This document shows, piece after piece, positions 17,573 to 26,151 of a stretch of 42,893 nt of DNA. The notes below the pieces were generated by a model. That model was not told where the DNA came from. It saw only the letters and a program-made list of their open reading frames with translations, and did not search any database. The stretch is from Brevundimonas sp. (GTDB taxonomy: Bacteria > Pseudomonadota > Alphaproteobacteria > Caulobacterales > Caulobacteraceae): positions 1 to 42,893 of the forward strand of contig JALAGW010000174.1 of NCBI GenBank assembly GCA_022712235.1. Direction: 5' to 3'. Made by a program: the position numbers and the translations under genes. Within the stretch, counting starts at the first letter, position 1. The number at the start of each line of letters is the position of its first letter.

Positions 17573-19357
17573 TCAGCCCGCCAGCGCCTCGACCGTCAGC
17601 CCTTGCAGCAATTCCCCGCCCTGACCCACGGCGGCCAGACGGCTGGAGACGTGGCCCAGGACGTTGGCGGCGTAGAGTTCATAGAGGTCCAGCTTGCCCT
17701 GCAGCCAGACGGGGTCGCCGTTTCCGGCGTCCAGGCGCGCCTTAGCCGCCAAGGCGCCCTTGGCCAGCATCCAGCCGCCGACCACGTCGCCCATCAGTTT
17801 CAGATAGGCGTCGGCGCCGGCCAGAACGTCGGCGGCGCGCTCCGGGTCGGTCTTGGCGTCCAGCAACCACAGGGTAGCATCCTCGACCGCCTCGATCGCC
17901 GTGGCGAAGCGCTCGACGGGCTTGCCCGTATAGAGGCGGTCGATCTGGCCGAGGGTGGTCTTCATCTCGGCGATCAAAGCCTTGGCCGAGTCGCCACCGT
18001 CCATCGACAGCTTGCGACCGACCAGATCCATGGCCTGGATGCCGTTGGTGCCTTCGTAGATCGGAGTGATGCGGGCGTCGCGATAGTATTGGGCCGCGCC
18101 GGTCTCCTCGATGAAGCCCATGCCGCCGTGGACCTGGACGCCCAGCGAGGCGACCTCGCAGCCGACATCTGTGGACCAGGCCTTGGCGATGGGGGTGAAC
18201 AGGTCCTCGCGGCCCTTCCACAGCTTGCGCTCGGCCTCGGTCGCGGCGTGGCGCGCCAGGTCGGCGGCGACGCCGGTGGACAGGCAGATGGCGCGGGCGG
18301 CGGCGATCTTGGCCTTCATGACGCCCAGGGTGCGGCGCACGTCGGGGTGGTCGAAGATCGGGGCGTTCTTCTCGCCGGTCCAGATGCTGCGGCCCTGACG
18401 GCGTTCCAGCGCATAGGCCAGGGCGTGCTGATAGGCGCGCTCGGCCACGCCGACGCCCTCGACGCCGACGGCCAGACGGGCGGCGTTCATCATCACGAAC
18501 ATATGGGCCAGGCCCTCGTTCGGACGACCGACCAGCTCGGCGCGGGCGCCTTCATAGGCCATGACGCAGGTGGGCGAGGCGTGGATGCCCAGCTTGTGCT
18601 CGACCCCGACCGGGTGGAAGGCGTTGCGTTCGCCCAGCGAGCCGTCGGCGTTGACCGCGAACTTGGGCGTCAGGAACAGGCTGATGCCCTTCGGCCCAGC
18701 CGGGGCGTCGGGCAGGCGGGCCAGCACCAGGTGGACGATGTTGTCCGTGGCGTCGTGGTCGCCCCAGGTGATGAAGATCTTCTGGCCGTTCAGGGCATAG
18801 GTCCCGTCGCCGTTCGGCGTGGCCGTGGTGGTCAGGGCGCCGAGGTCGGACCCGGCGTGCGGCTCGGTCAGCACCATGGCGCCGGTCCATTCGCCGGTGA
18901 CCAGCTTGGGCAGATAGACGGCTTTCTGATGTTCGTCGCCGACCTGCTCCAGGGCCTCGATCGAGGCCAAGGACAGCATGGGGCAAAGGCCGAAGGCCAT
19001 GTTGGCGGCATGGACGGTCTCGTAGGCCGCCAGTTCCAGCGCCTTGGGCAGGGCCTGGCCGCCGGCCTCGACCGAGGCGGTCAGGCTGGTCCAGCCGCCT
19101 TCGGCGAACTGGCGGTAGGCGTCGACGAAACCGGGCGCGGCGGTGACGGCGCCGTTGGCGTATTTGGCGCCGGCGAGGTCGCCGGGACGGTTCAGCGGGG
19201 CCAGGACCTGTTCCGAGAACTGACCGGCGGCTTCCAGCACCGCGCCCATGACGTCGGCGTCATAGTCGGCGAAAGCGCCCGTGGCGGCGACCTGATTAAT
19301 GCCGGCGACGGCTTCCAGGGCGAAGGCGAGGTCACGGACGGGGGCGCGGTAGCTCAT
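17573..19357 (-). CDS. Acyl-CoA dehydrogenase (long ~590-aa type)
   Basis: MSYRAPVRDL start with SD GGAG. WTGAMVLTEPHAGSDLG, GQKIFITWGDHD, EHKLGIHASPTC, GVQVHGGMGFIEETG and PIYEGTNGIQAMDLVGRK. Confidence 0.95.
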   Translation of the reverse strand: MSYRAPVRDLAFALEAVAGINQVAATGAFADYDADVMGAVLEAAGQFSEQVLAPLNRPGDLAGAKYANGAVTAAPGFVDAYRQFAEGGWTSLTASVEAGGQALPKALELAAYETVHAANMAFGLCPMLSLASIEALEQVGDEHQKAVYLPKLVTGEWTGAMVLTEPHAGSDLGALTTTATPNGDGTYALNGQKIFITWGDHDATDNIVHLVLARLPDAPAGPKGISLFLTPKFAVNADGSLGERNAFHPVGVEHKLGIHASPTCVMAYEGARAELVGRPNEGLAHMFVMMNAARLAVGVEGVGVAERAYQHALAYALERRQGRSIWTGEKNAPIFDHPDVRRTLGVMKAKIAAARAICLSTGVAADLARHAATEAERKLWKGREDLFTPIAKAWSTDVGCEVASLGVQVHGGMGFIEETGAAQYYRDARITPIYEGTNGIQAMDLVGRKLSMDGGDSAKALIAEMKTTLGQIDRLYTGKPVERFATAIEAVEDATLWLLDAKTDPERAADVLAGADAYLKLMGDVVGGWMLAKGALAAKARLDAGNGDPVWLQGKLDLYELYAANVLGHVSSRLAAVGQGGELLQGLTVEALAG

Positions 19358-19480
19358 GGCGGTCTCCAGAATCTTCAACATGCTTCTGACGCCCCAGCGG
19401 TCGCTGATGCAAGGGCGCTTGGACTTTGGTCGCGGTTCGCGCCACTCTCTGCCCCAGTGCCGTCGCGGAAGGAAAGAGCC

Positions 19481-20032
19481 TTGGCCGAGCCTCGAAATCG
19501 CTATTCGACCGTGTCGCTGATCCTGCACTGGGTCATTGCCGTGGCCGTGGTCGCTCAGGTGGCGCTGATCATGGCCCATGACGCGACCGAGGGGCCGCTG
19601 TCGCGCGAGTTCGTGCAGGTTCACAAGGCGGTCGGCCTGACCATCCTGGTCCTGACCCTGGGCCGAATCGGCTGGCGGCTGGCCAATCCGCTGATCGCCC
19701 TGCCGGTCGAGATGCCGAAGTGGGAGCGGGTTCTGGCGCGGACGACCCAGATCGCCTTCTATGTCGTGCTGCTGGCCATGCCGCTGACCGGGTGGCTGGC
19801 GTCGTCGGCGGGCGGACGCGAGATCAACTGGTTCGGCCTGTTCCAGTGGCCCCTGCTGCCGGTCGGCGGCGGGCGCGAGGCGGCGGGGCAGTTCATGGAT
19901 GTTCACGGCGCGATAGCGAAGCTATTGTATCTGCTGATCCTTCTGCACGTCGTCGGTGCGCTGAAGCACCAGTTCATCAACCGGGACAACATTCTACACC
20001 GCATGATCCCGCTGATCCCCCGTCGACCATGA
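19481..20032 (+). CDS. Cytochrome b561-family (YceJ/CybB-like) di-heme membrane protein
   Basis: TTG start after AAGGAAAG: MAEPRNRYSTVSLILHWVIA...VHKAVGLTIL...PLTGWL...DVHG...LHVVGALKHQFINRDNILHRM. Only the 3' end of track ORF 17543..20032 is real. Confidence 0.9.
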   Translation: MAEPRNRYSTVSLILHWVIAVAVVAQVALIMAHDATEGPLSREFVQVHKAVGLTILVLTLGRIGWRLANPLIALPVEMPKWERVLARTTQIAFYVVLLAMPLTGWLASSAGGREINWFGLFQWPLLPVGGGREAAGQFMDVHGAIAKLLYLLILLHVVGALKHQFINRDNILHRMIPLIPRRP

Positions 20033-20949
20033 AGGGCGACACCCCCGAAATCGCCGCCGAGGCGCTGAAGACCGGACGGCTGGTCATGCTGCCGACCGAG
20101 ACAGTCTACGGGCTGGCGGCCGACGCCTCCAACTCCCAGGCGGTCGCCCGCATCTTCGAGGCCAAGGGAAGACCGCGTTTCAACCCCCTGATCGCCCACG
20201 TCGCCAACGCCCTGGACGCCGAGATGGTCGCCGTCTTTGACGACCGCGCGCGGGCGCTGGCCGAGGCCTTCTGGCCCGGCCCACTGACCATCGTCGCGCC
20301 GGTGCGGGATCGCGAGCGGGTCTGCGATCTGGCGCGCGCTGGGCTGGACAGCGTGGCCGTGCGCGTTCCCGGTCATCCGCGCGCGCGCGCCGTGATCGCC
20401 GCCTTTGGCGGAGCCGTCGTGGCGCCCTCGGCCAATCGGGCGGGGCGACCCAGCCCGACGACCTTTGACGACGCGATGGAGGAAACCGGTCAGTCGGTCG
20501 GCGCCGCCGTGGATGGCGGAGCCTGCGCCATCGGCGTGGAAAGCACGGTCGTGTCGGTGCTGGACGGACAGGTCGCCTTGCTGCGCCCCGGTTCGGTGAC
20601 GCGCGAGGAGATCGAGGCGGTCGTCGGGCAGCTGGCCGAGAACGGACAGGGTCATCGTTCACCCGGCCGGCTGGCCCTGCACTATGCGCCCGACGCCCCG
20701 GTGCGGATCGAGGCCCAGACGGCGAACGACGGCGAAATCCTGCTGGGCTTTGGCCCCGGCGTCGGCGAGCCGCGCTGGAGTCTGAGCCCGACCGGCGACC
20801 TGCGCGAGGCGGCGGCCAATCTGTTCCGCCTGTTGCGCGAGGCGGACCGCACCAAGCCTGTCGGCATCGCCGTGTCGCCGATCCCGCACAAGGGACTGGG
20901 CGAGGCCATCAATGACCGGCTGCGTCGGGCGGCGGGGTTCATCGGCTGA
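20029..20949 (+). CDS. sua5: L-threonylcarbamoyladenylate synthase, Sua5 type (YrdC plus SUA5 domain)
   Basis: PTETVYGLAADA, KGRPRFNPLIAHV, FWPGPLT, APSAN, SPGRLALHYAP and AINDRLRRAA. ATGA overlap with the cytochrome b stop. Confidence 0.94.
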   Translation: MKGDTPEIAAEALKTGRLVMLPTETVYGLAADASNSQAVARIFEAKGRPRFNPLIAHVANALDAEMVAVFDDRARALAEAFWPGPLTIVAPVRDRERVCDLARAGLDSVAVRVPGHPRARAVIAAFGGAVVAPSANRAGRPSPTTFDDAMEETGQSVGAAVDGGACAIGVESTVVSVLDGQVALLRPGSVTREEIEAVVGQLAENGQGHRSPGRLALHYAPDAPVRIEAQTANDGEILLGFGPGVGEPRWSLSPTGDLREAAANLFRLLREADRTKPVGIAVSPIPHKGLGEAINDRLRRAAGFIG

Positions 20950-21251
20950 TTGCACTTGTACGGTGCGATGAAAAAAATAGTGCAATTGGTGCAAGCGGCG
21001 GAGGGCGGCGCGGCCGTCGTTATGGGATCGACGACGCGGCCGGGAGCGCGAGCTGAAACCGGGGTCCTGATGCGGACGGCGGCGAGCGGGGATGTCAAAG
21101 ACCGTCTGTAGATCTGCAGTCTGGCCCAACCTGTGACCCAGGCGCGCAAATGACGGAGCGGAACTGGCAATCCCTTGTTTTACAGGGGATTGGCGCGCTA
21201 AATTGTGATGGCGTGGAAGCGAAAGCGCGCATTCGGCGGCTGGGACGGCGG

Positions 21252-22280
21252 CTAGAGAAAGCGGGTCTTCAAGTCGACGCTGGAGATCTTGCCAACCTGG
21301 GGCGCGCAGGTTTCCAGCCATTGTTCAGCCGCTTGCCGTCCGCGCGACTTCAGGTCGTTGAGGAAGCTCCATTCCGTGTCGAACTTGGTCGACAGCGACA
21401 GGCTGCCTAGCCAGTCATCGACCTCGATGGCGTGCATGCGGATGGCGCGATGGCGGTCCTCGGTGCGGCTCAGTTTGCCTTCGGCGATCAGGTCCTGAAC
21501 AAAGGCGACGGCGCGCAGCTCGGCCACCAGAGGCGCGTTGAACAGGATCTCGTTCAGGCGATCCATGATCTCGCCCGCCTCACGCGGAGCTTCGTCGCGT
21601 ACGAAGGGGTTGAGCGGCAGCAGCAGGATGTCGTCCGGCGTGTCGGCGTAGAACAGCGGCCACAGCGCCGGATTGGCCAGATAGCCGCCGTCCCAATAAG
21701 GCTCGCCCTCGATCTCGACCGCCTGGAACAGGTGAGGCAGACAGGCCGAGGCCAGCAGGACGTCAGGGGTGATCTCGGGCGTTTTGAACAGGCGGGATCG
21801 CCCGGCGCGAACCGCCGTGGTCGAAACGATCAGCTGGATGTCGGAGCCCCGCACCGCGTTGAAGTCGACGGCGGTTTCCAGCACCCGCTTCAGCGGGTTC
21901 AGGTTGAAGGGGTTGAAGGCGTAGGGGCTCATGGACATGGCCAGGGTCTCGCCAGCCTTCCACATGGGCGTGTCCTTGAGCCAGCCGGGCGTCAGGGTCT
22001 TGGACCAGACGGCGCTGTCGCCGAAGACGTTACGGCCGCCGGACTGATTGACCTCGCGCCACAGCTTGTCCAACGCGGTACGCGCCTCCTCGGCGCCGCC
22101 CTGTTCCAGTCCGGTGATCAAGGCGGCCGCGTTCATCGCTCCCGCCGAGGCGGCGGTGACAGCGCGGATGTCGAGGATGTCGGCTTCCAGCAGCCGGTCC
22201 AGCACGCCCCACTGAAAAGCGCCGTGCGAACCGCCGCCCTGCAGCGCGAGGCAGATGGATTTGCGTTTCGATCCAGCCAC
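21252..22280 (-). CDS. Patatin-like phospholipase/esterase (candidate PHB depolymerase)
   Basis: LALQGGGSHGAF oxyanion loop, AASAG nucleophile elbow (GxSxG variant), ASACLP and YWDGGY. SD GGAGGG upstream of GTG. Confidence 0.9.
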   Translation of the reverse strand: MAGSKRKSICLALQGGGSHGAFQWGVLDRLLEADILDIRAVTAASAGAMNAAALITGLEQGGAEEARTALDKLWREVNQSGGRNVFGDSAVWSKTLTPGWLKDTPMWKAGETLAMSMSPYAFNPFNLNPLKRVLETAVDFNAVRGSDIQLIVSTTAVRAGRSRLFKTPEITPDVLLASACLPHLFQAVEIEGEPYWDGGYLANPALWPLFYADTPDDILLLPLNPFVRDEAPREAGEIMDRLNEILFNAPLVAELRAVAFVQDLIAEGKLSRTEDRHRAIRMHAIEVDDWLGSLSLSTKFDTEWSFLNDLKSRGRQAAEQWLETCAPQVGKISSVDLKTRFL

Positions 22281-22292
22281 TCAAAACCCTCC

Positions 22293-22402
22293 GTCATCCC
22301 GGCCGAAGCGTAGCGAAGAGCCGGGACCGCTAGAAGCGTCGTCGTCGGAACAGTCGTGTCTTGAGCGGTCCCGGATTACGACTGCGCCGTTTCCGGGGTG
22401 AT
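22293..22402. repeat. Palindromic REP/RPE-like intergenic element (GTCATCCCGG...CCGGGACC...GGTCCCGG type)
   Basis: Outer inverted repeat TCATCCCGG (22294-22302) / CCGGGGTGA (22393-22401) with one mismatch. Perfect 11-bp inner inverted repeat CCGGGACCGCT (22321-22331) / AGCGGTCCCGG (22364-22374). Confidence 0.75.
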
Positions 22403-22423
22403 GCTCGAAGGAGCCTTGGCGGC

Positions 22424-23221
22424 CTATTGCGCGGTCCAGCCGCCGTCGACTGAGTAATGCGACCCGTTGGCCGAGGCCCCGAGATCGGACACCAGATAGA
22501 GGAAGATGCCCGCCAGTTCGTCCGTGGTGACGAAGCGCTTGGTCGGCTGCGAGCCCAGGATGACGTTCTTCATTACGTCCTCCTTGCTCATGCCGCGCGT
22601 GCGGGCCTGATCCTCGATCTGCTTGGCGACGATCGGCGTCTCGACGAAGCCGGGGCAGATGGCGTTGCAGGTGATGTTCTGTTGGGCCAACTCCAGGGCC
22701 ACTGTCTTGGTGAAGCCGATGACCCCGTGCTTGGCGGCGACATAGGCCGACTTGAACGGGCTGGCGACCAGGCCGTGGGCCGAGGCGATATTGACGATGC
22801 GGCCGCGTCCCTGGGCCTTCATGATCGGGATCGCCGCCTTGGTGGCGTAGAAGGTCGAGGACAGGTTGATGGCGATGATCTTCTCCCACGCCTCGGCGGG
22901 GAAGTTCTCGACGGCTTCGACATGCTGGATGCCGGCGTTGTTGACCAGGATGTCGAGCCGGCCCAATTCGCGGTGCGCCGTGGCGACCATGTCAGTGATC
23001 TGGTCCGGCTGGGTCATGTCGGCCGGGTGGTAGAGGACGCGCACGCCGGTATCGGCGGCCAGATCGGCACGGGTCTGTTCGATGACCGCTGGATCACCCA
23101 GGCCGTTCAGCACCACGTCGCCGCCGCATAGGGCGACAGCGCGCGCCAGAGCCAGGCCGATGCCGGAGGTCGAGCCGGAGACGACGGCCACCTGGCCCTT
23201 GAGATCGTTCATGACGAACAT
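22424..23221 (-). CDS. bdhA: D-3-hydroxybutyrate dehydrogenase (SDR)
   Basis: SGSTSGIG, NNAGIQHV, IASAHGLVASPFKSAYVAAKHG, ICPGFVETP and DGGWTAQ. The start may instead be ATG 23212. Confidence 0.93.
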   Translation of the reverse strand: MFVMNDLKGQVAVVSGSTSGIGLALARAVALCGGDVVLNGLGDPAVIEQTRADLAADTGVRVLYHPADMTQPDQITDMVATAHRELGRLDILVNNAGIQHVEAVENFPAEAWEKIIAINLSSTFYATKAAIPIMKAQGRGRIVNIASAHGLVASPFKSAYVAAKHGVIGFTKTVALELAQQNITCNAICPGFVETPIVAKQIEDQARTRGMSKEDVMKNVILGSQPTKRFVTTDELAGIFLYLVSDLGASANGSHYSVDGGWTAQ

Positions 23222-23246
23222 GCGGAGAGAACCCGTGAATTAGCTA

Positions 23247-23258
23247 TGCTGCAATGCA
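23247..23258 (-). promoter_or_regulatory. PhaR-like box upstream of bdhA
   Basis: TGCATTGCAGCA on the minus strand, within the dyad GCTGCAATGCAGC. It fits the TGC-N3-GCA core of alphaproteobacterial PhaR sites. Confidence 0.5.
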
Positions 23259-23286
23259 GCCTAACCGCAGTCGTTCAATCTGGCGA

Positions 23287-24060
23287 TCAGGAATTTCCTT
23301 CCCTGATGAATATCCAGTCCGCCTCGGTCGAAAGCGCCTTGTCGAAGCGGTAGCCGTCGCGGTCGAAGGCCTTGAGATCCTCGGCCTTTTCGATGCGGTT
23401 CTCGATGGCGTAGCGGGCCATGGCGCCGCGCGCCTTCTTGGCGAAGAAGGAAATGATGCGGGCCTCGCCGTCCTTGCGCTCCTTGAAGTGCGGCGTGACC
23501 AGCGGCAGCTTCAGCGCTCTGGCGTCGACCGCGCCGAAGTATTCCTGACTGGCCAGATTGACCAGGGTGCGATCGGGCAGGGGGGCCGCGTCCTCGTTCA
23601 GGCGCAGCGAAATGCGCTCACCCCAGAAGTCATAGAGGTTGGCGCCGCGCTTGGTCTTCAGGCGGATGCCCATCTCCAGCCGATAGGGCTGGATGGCGTC
23701 GAGCGGGCGCAGCAGGCCGTAGAAGCCCGAAAGGATGCGCAGGTGATCCTGGGCCCAGGCCAGGTCGGCCGGGGCCAAGGAGCGCGCGTCCAGGCCTTCA
23801 TAGACGTCGCCGGCGAAGGCGAAGACGGCCTGCAGCGCGCCTTCGGCGGTCTCGTTGTCGAAGGACTGGAAACGCTCGTAGTTGAGGTCCGCCAAGGCGT
23901 CCGAGATCGACATCAGGCGGCGCAGGTCGGCGCGGCTCAGCTTCTTCGTGACCTTGGCCAGCTCCGCCGTCTCGTCGGCGCATCGACGCGGGGTCGACGG
24001 CACGTCGAGGGCAGGGGGCGTGAAGTCCAGCCGTTTGGCCGGGGACAGGACGATCAGCAA
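23287..24060 (-). CDS. yaaA: Peroxide stress protein YaaA
   Basis: TTG start at 24060 giving MLIVLSPAKRLDF. LMSISDALADLN, FAGDVYEGLDA, LSGFYGLLRPLD, YRLEMG, NLASQEYF and ISFFAKKARG. Confidence 0.93.
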   Translation of the reverse strand: MLIVLSPAKRLDFTPPALDVPSTPRRCADETAELAKVTKKLSRADLRRLMSISDALADLNYERFQSFDNETAEGALQAVFAFAGDVYEGLDARSLAPADLAWAQDHLRILSGFYGLLRPLDAIQPYRLEMGIRLKTKRGANLYDFWGERISLRLNEDAAPLPDRTLVNLASQEYFGAVDARALKLPLVTPHFKERKDGEARIISFFAKKARGAMARYAIENRIEKAEDLKAFDRDGYRFDKALSTEADWIFIREGNS

Positions 24061-24154
24061 GGCGACACAGGCTCCGAAACATCGGGAAGCCGGCCTCATA
24101 GGCCGCTTCCGTGACGTTTTGAACCGTCCCCGGCGTCACATGCGGTCGTGACGC

Positions 24155-25558
24155 CTAAAAGAGGACCGCCGGGTTCATGATCCGCTGCGGGTCGACGGCC
24201 TGACGGATCGCCCGCATGGTCGCGATCTCCAGCGGCGACTTGTAGCGCCGCGCCTCGTCGGTTTTCAGCCGTCCCAGGCCGTGTTCCGCCGAGATGGAGC
24301 CGTTGTAGCGGGCCACCACGTCATGAACGACTTCGGAGCCTTCCATCCAGCGCGCGATGAAGGCGGGCACGTCCTCGCCGACGCCGGGGATCACATCATA
24401 GTGAAGGTTGCCGTCGCCGACGTGACCGAAGACCGAGACGCGGCACCCCGGATGAAATTTCTCGACCGCCGCCGTGGCCTCGTCGATGAAGTCGGCGATC
24501 CGGGATACAGGCACCGAGACGTCGTGTTTCCAGCCGCCGCCCTCGGGCTTGAGGCCCGCCGAGTGTTCCTCGCGCAGACGCCAGAAGGCGGCCTTCTGGG
24601 CGTCGTTCTGGGCGATGGCGGCGTCGACGATCAGGCCTTCCTCAAAGGCGCCGGTCAGCAGGCGCTCCATGGCCGAATCGGCGCCGCCCGGCTCGCCCGA
24701 GGTCAGCTCGATCAGGACATACCAGGCGGGCGTGCTTTCCAGCGGCTCGCGCGTGTCGGGGATGTTCTTGAGCACCAGGGCCATGCCGAGGCGCTTCATC
24801 AGCTCAAAGGCCTCGACCCCGCCGCCGGTCTCGGCCTTGGCGCGTGCCAGAAGGGCGACGGCGGCGTGGTGGCTTTCCAGCCCGACGATGGCCGTGGCGC
24901 GGCTGCGCATGATGGGAAACAGCTTCAGCGTCGCCGCCGTGACGACGCCCAGCGTACCCTCGGCGCCGATGAACAGCTGCTTCAGGTCATAGCCCGTATT
25001 GTCCTTGCGCAGCCGCTTCAGGCCGTTGAACACCTGACCGTCCGGCATGACGGCTTCGATGCCTAGCACTAGGTCGCGCATCATGCCGTAGCGCAGCACC
25101 GCCGTGCCGCCGGCGTTGGTCGAGATGACGCCGCCGATGGTGGCCGAACCTTCGGCCGCGAGGCTGAGCGGGAAGAAGCGGTCCTTTTCCCTGGCCAGTT
25201 GCTGCGCCTCCAGCAGGGTCACGCCGGCCTCCAGCGTCATGGCGTCGTCCAGGGGCGTCACGTCGCGCACGGTCCGCAGCTTGCGCGTGGACAGAAGGAC
25301 TTCGCCAAACGGAATCTGGCCGCCGACCAGGCCAGTGCCGCCGCCCTGGGTCACGATGGCGACGCCGTGGCGGGCGCAGATCTCAATGGCCTTGGCCACC
25401 TCATCGGTCGTGCGGGGCTGCAGCAGGATCGGGGTTTCGCCGATCCATCGTCCCCGCCACTCGGTCAGCCAGGGGGCCATGTCGTCGGCGTCCGTGGTCC
25501 AGGCGCCGGGCAGGGCGGATTTCAGCTCTTCGAGGGCGGCGGGCGTGGGGAGGGTCAT
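24155..25558 (-). CDS. FAD-binding oxidoreductase (D-2-hydroxyacid dehydrogenase / GlcD-like)
   Basis: QGGGTGLVGGQ, GSATIGGVISTNAGG, LRKDNTGYDLKQLFIGAEGTLG, FGHVGDGNLH, SISAEHGLG and DPQRIMNP. Start MTLPTP at 25558. Confidence 0.93.
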   Translation of the reverse strand: MTLPTPAALEELKSALPGAWTTDADDMAPWLTEWRGRWIGETPILLQPRTTDEVAKAIEICARHGVAIVTQGGGTGLVGGQIPFGEVLLSTRKLRTVRDVTPLDDAMTLEAGVTLLEAQQLAREKDRFFPLSLAAEGSATIGGVISTNAGGTAVLRYGMMRDLVLGIEAVMPDGQVFNGLKRLRKDNTGYDLKQLFIGAEGTLGVVTAATLKLFPIMRSRATAIVGLESHHAAVALLARAKAETGGGVEAFELMKRLGMALVLKNIPDTREPLESTPAWYVLIELTSGEPGGADSAMERLLTGAFEEGLIVDAAIAQNDAQKAAFWRLREEHSAGLKPEGGGWKHDVSVPVSRIADFIDEATAAVEKFHPGCRVSVFGHVGDGNLHYDVIPGVGEDVPAFIARWMEGSEVVHDVVARYNGSISAEHGLGRLKTDEARRYKSPLEIATMRAIRQAVDPQRIMNPAVLF

Positions 25559-25635
25559 ATCCGCCTTGTGGCAAAAGGCGTGGCGTGGTGGAAGCGCAAA
25601 ACCCTGCCTCCAGGCGGTCAATTTGCGGAGAAAAC

Positions 25636-26127
25636 ATGATTCCGACCCCGGCTGTCGGCGTGGTCTGCCTGAAGGGCGACGCAGTCCTGTTGATCCGGCG
25701 CGGCACGCCGCCGCGTCAGGGCGCGTGGAGCCTGCCGGGCGGGCGAATCGAACCGGGCGAACGGCTGGCCGACGCGGCGCTGCGCGAACTGCGTGAGGAG
25801 ACGGGCGTCGAGGCCGAACTGATCGGCTTGATCGACGTCGTGGATGGTCTGTTTCCCGAGGCGGGGCGGCACTATGTCCTGATCGACTACGCCGCGCTGT
25901 GGACCGGCGGCGAACCGGTGGCGGGCGATGATGCGGCGGAGGCTGTCTTCGTGCCGTTTGATGAGGCGTTGCGTCGGGTGGATTGGTCGGAGACACGGCG
26001 CATCATCCGCAAGGCGCGTGACATGGCGGCGGCCCATGGCGCGGCCCATGGCGTGGGACGGGGCGCTGACGGCCTTGTCATCGCCAGCGAACCGGATTCG
26101 GTGGCGCGAGGGCTAGGCGACCGTTAA
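25636..26127 (+). CDS. NUDIX hydrolase (ADP-ribose pyrophosphatase-like)
   Basis: Nudix box GGRIEPGERLADAALRELREETGV. SD GGAG before ATG 25636. Confidence 0.9.
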   Translation: MIPTPAVGVVCLKGDAVLLIRRGTPPRQGAWSLPGGRIEPGERLADAALRELREETGVEAELIGLIDVVDGLFPEAGRHYVLIDYAALWTGGEPVAGDDAAEAVFVPFDEALRRVDWSETRRIIRKARDMAAAHGAAHGVGRGADGLVIASEPDSVARGLGDR

Positions 26128-26151
26128 GCTGGCCTCCAACCGGAGGGGCTT

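Noticed and set aside
17543..19480. Apparent 829-aa fusion ending in cytochrome b, and a 777-aa acyl-CoA dehydrogenase
   Set aside because: Each extension is the antisense shadow of the neighbouring divergent gene. SD-supported starts are at 19481 (+) and 19357 (-).
21120..21225. Possible sigma54 promoters (TGGCCC..., TGGCGC...) in the sua5-patatin gap
   Set aside because: None has the required GG-N10-GC spacing.
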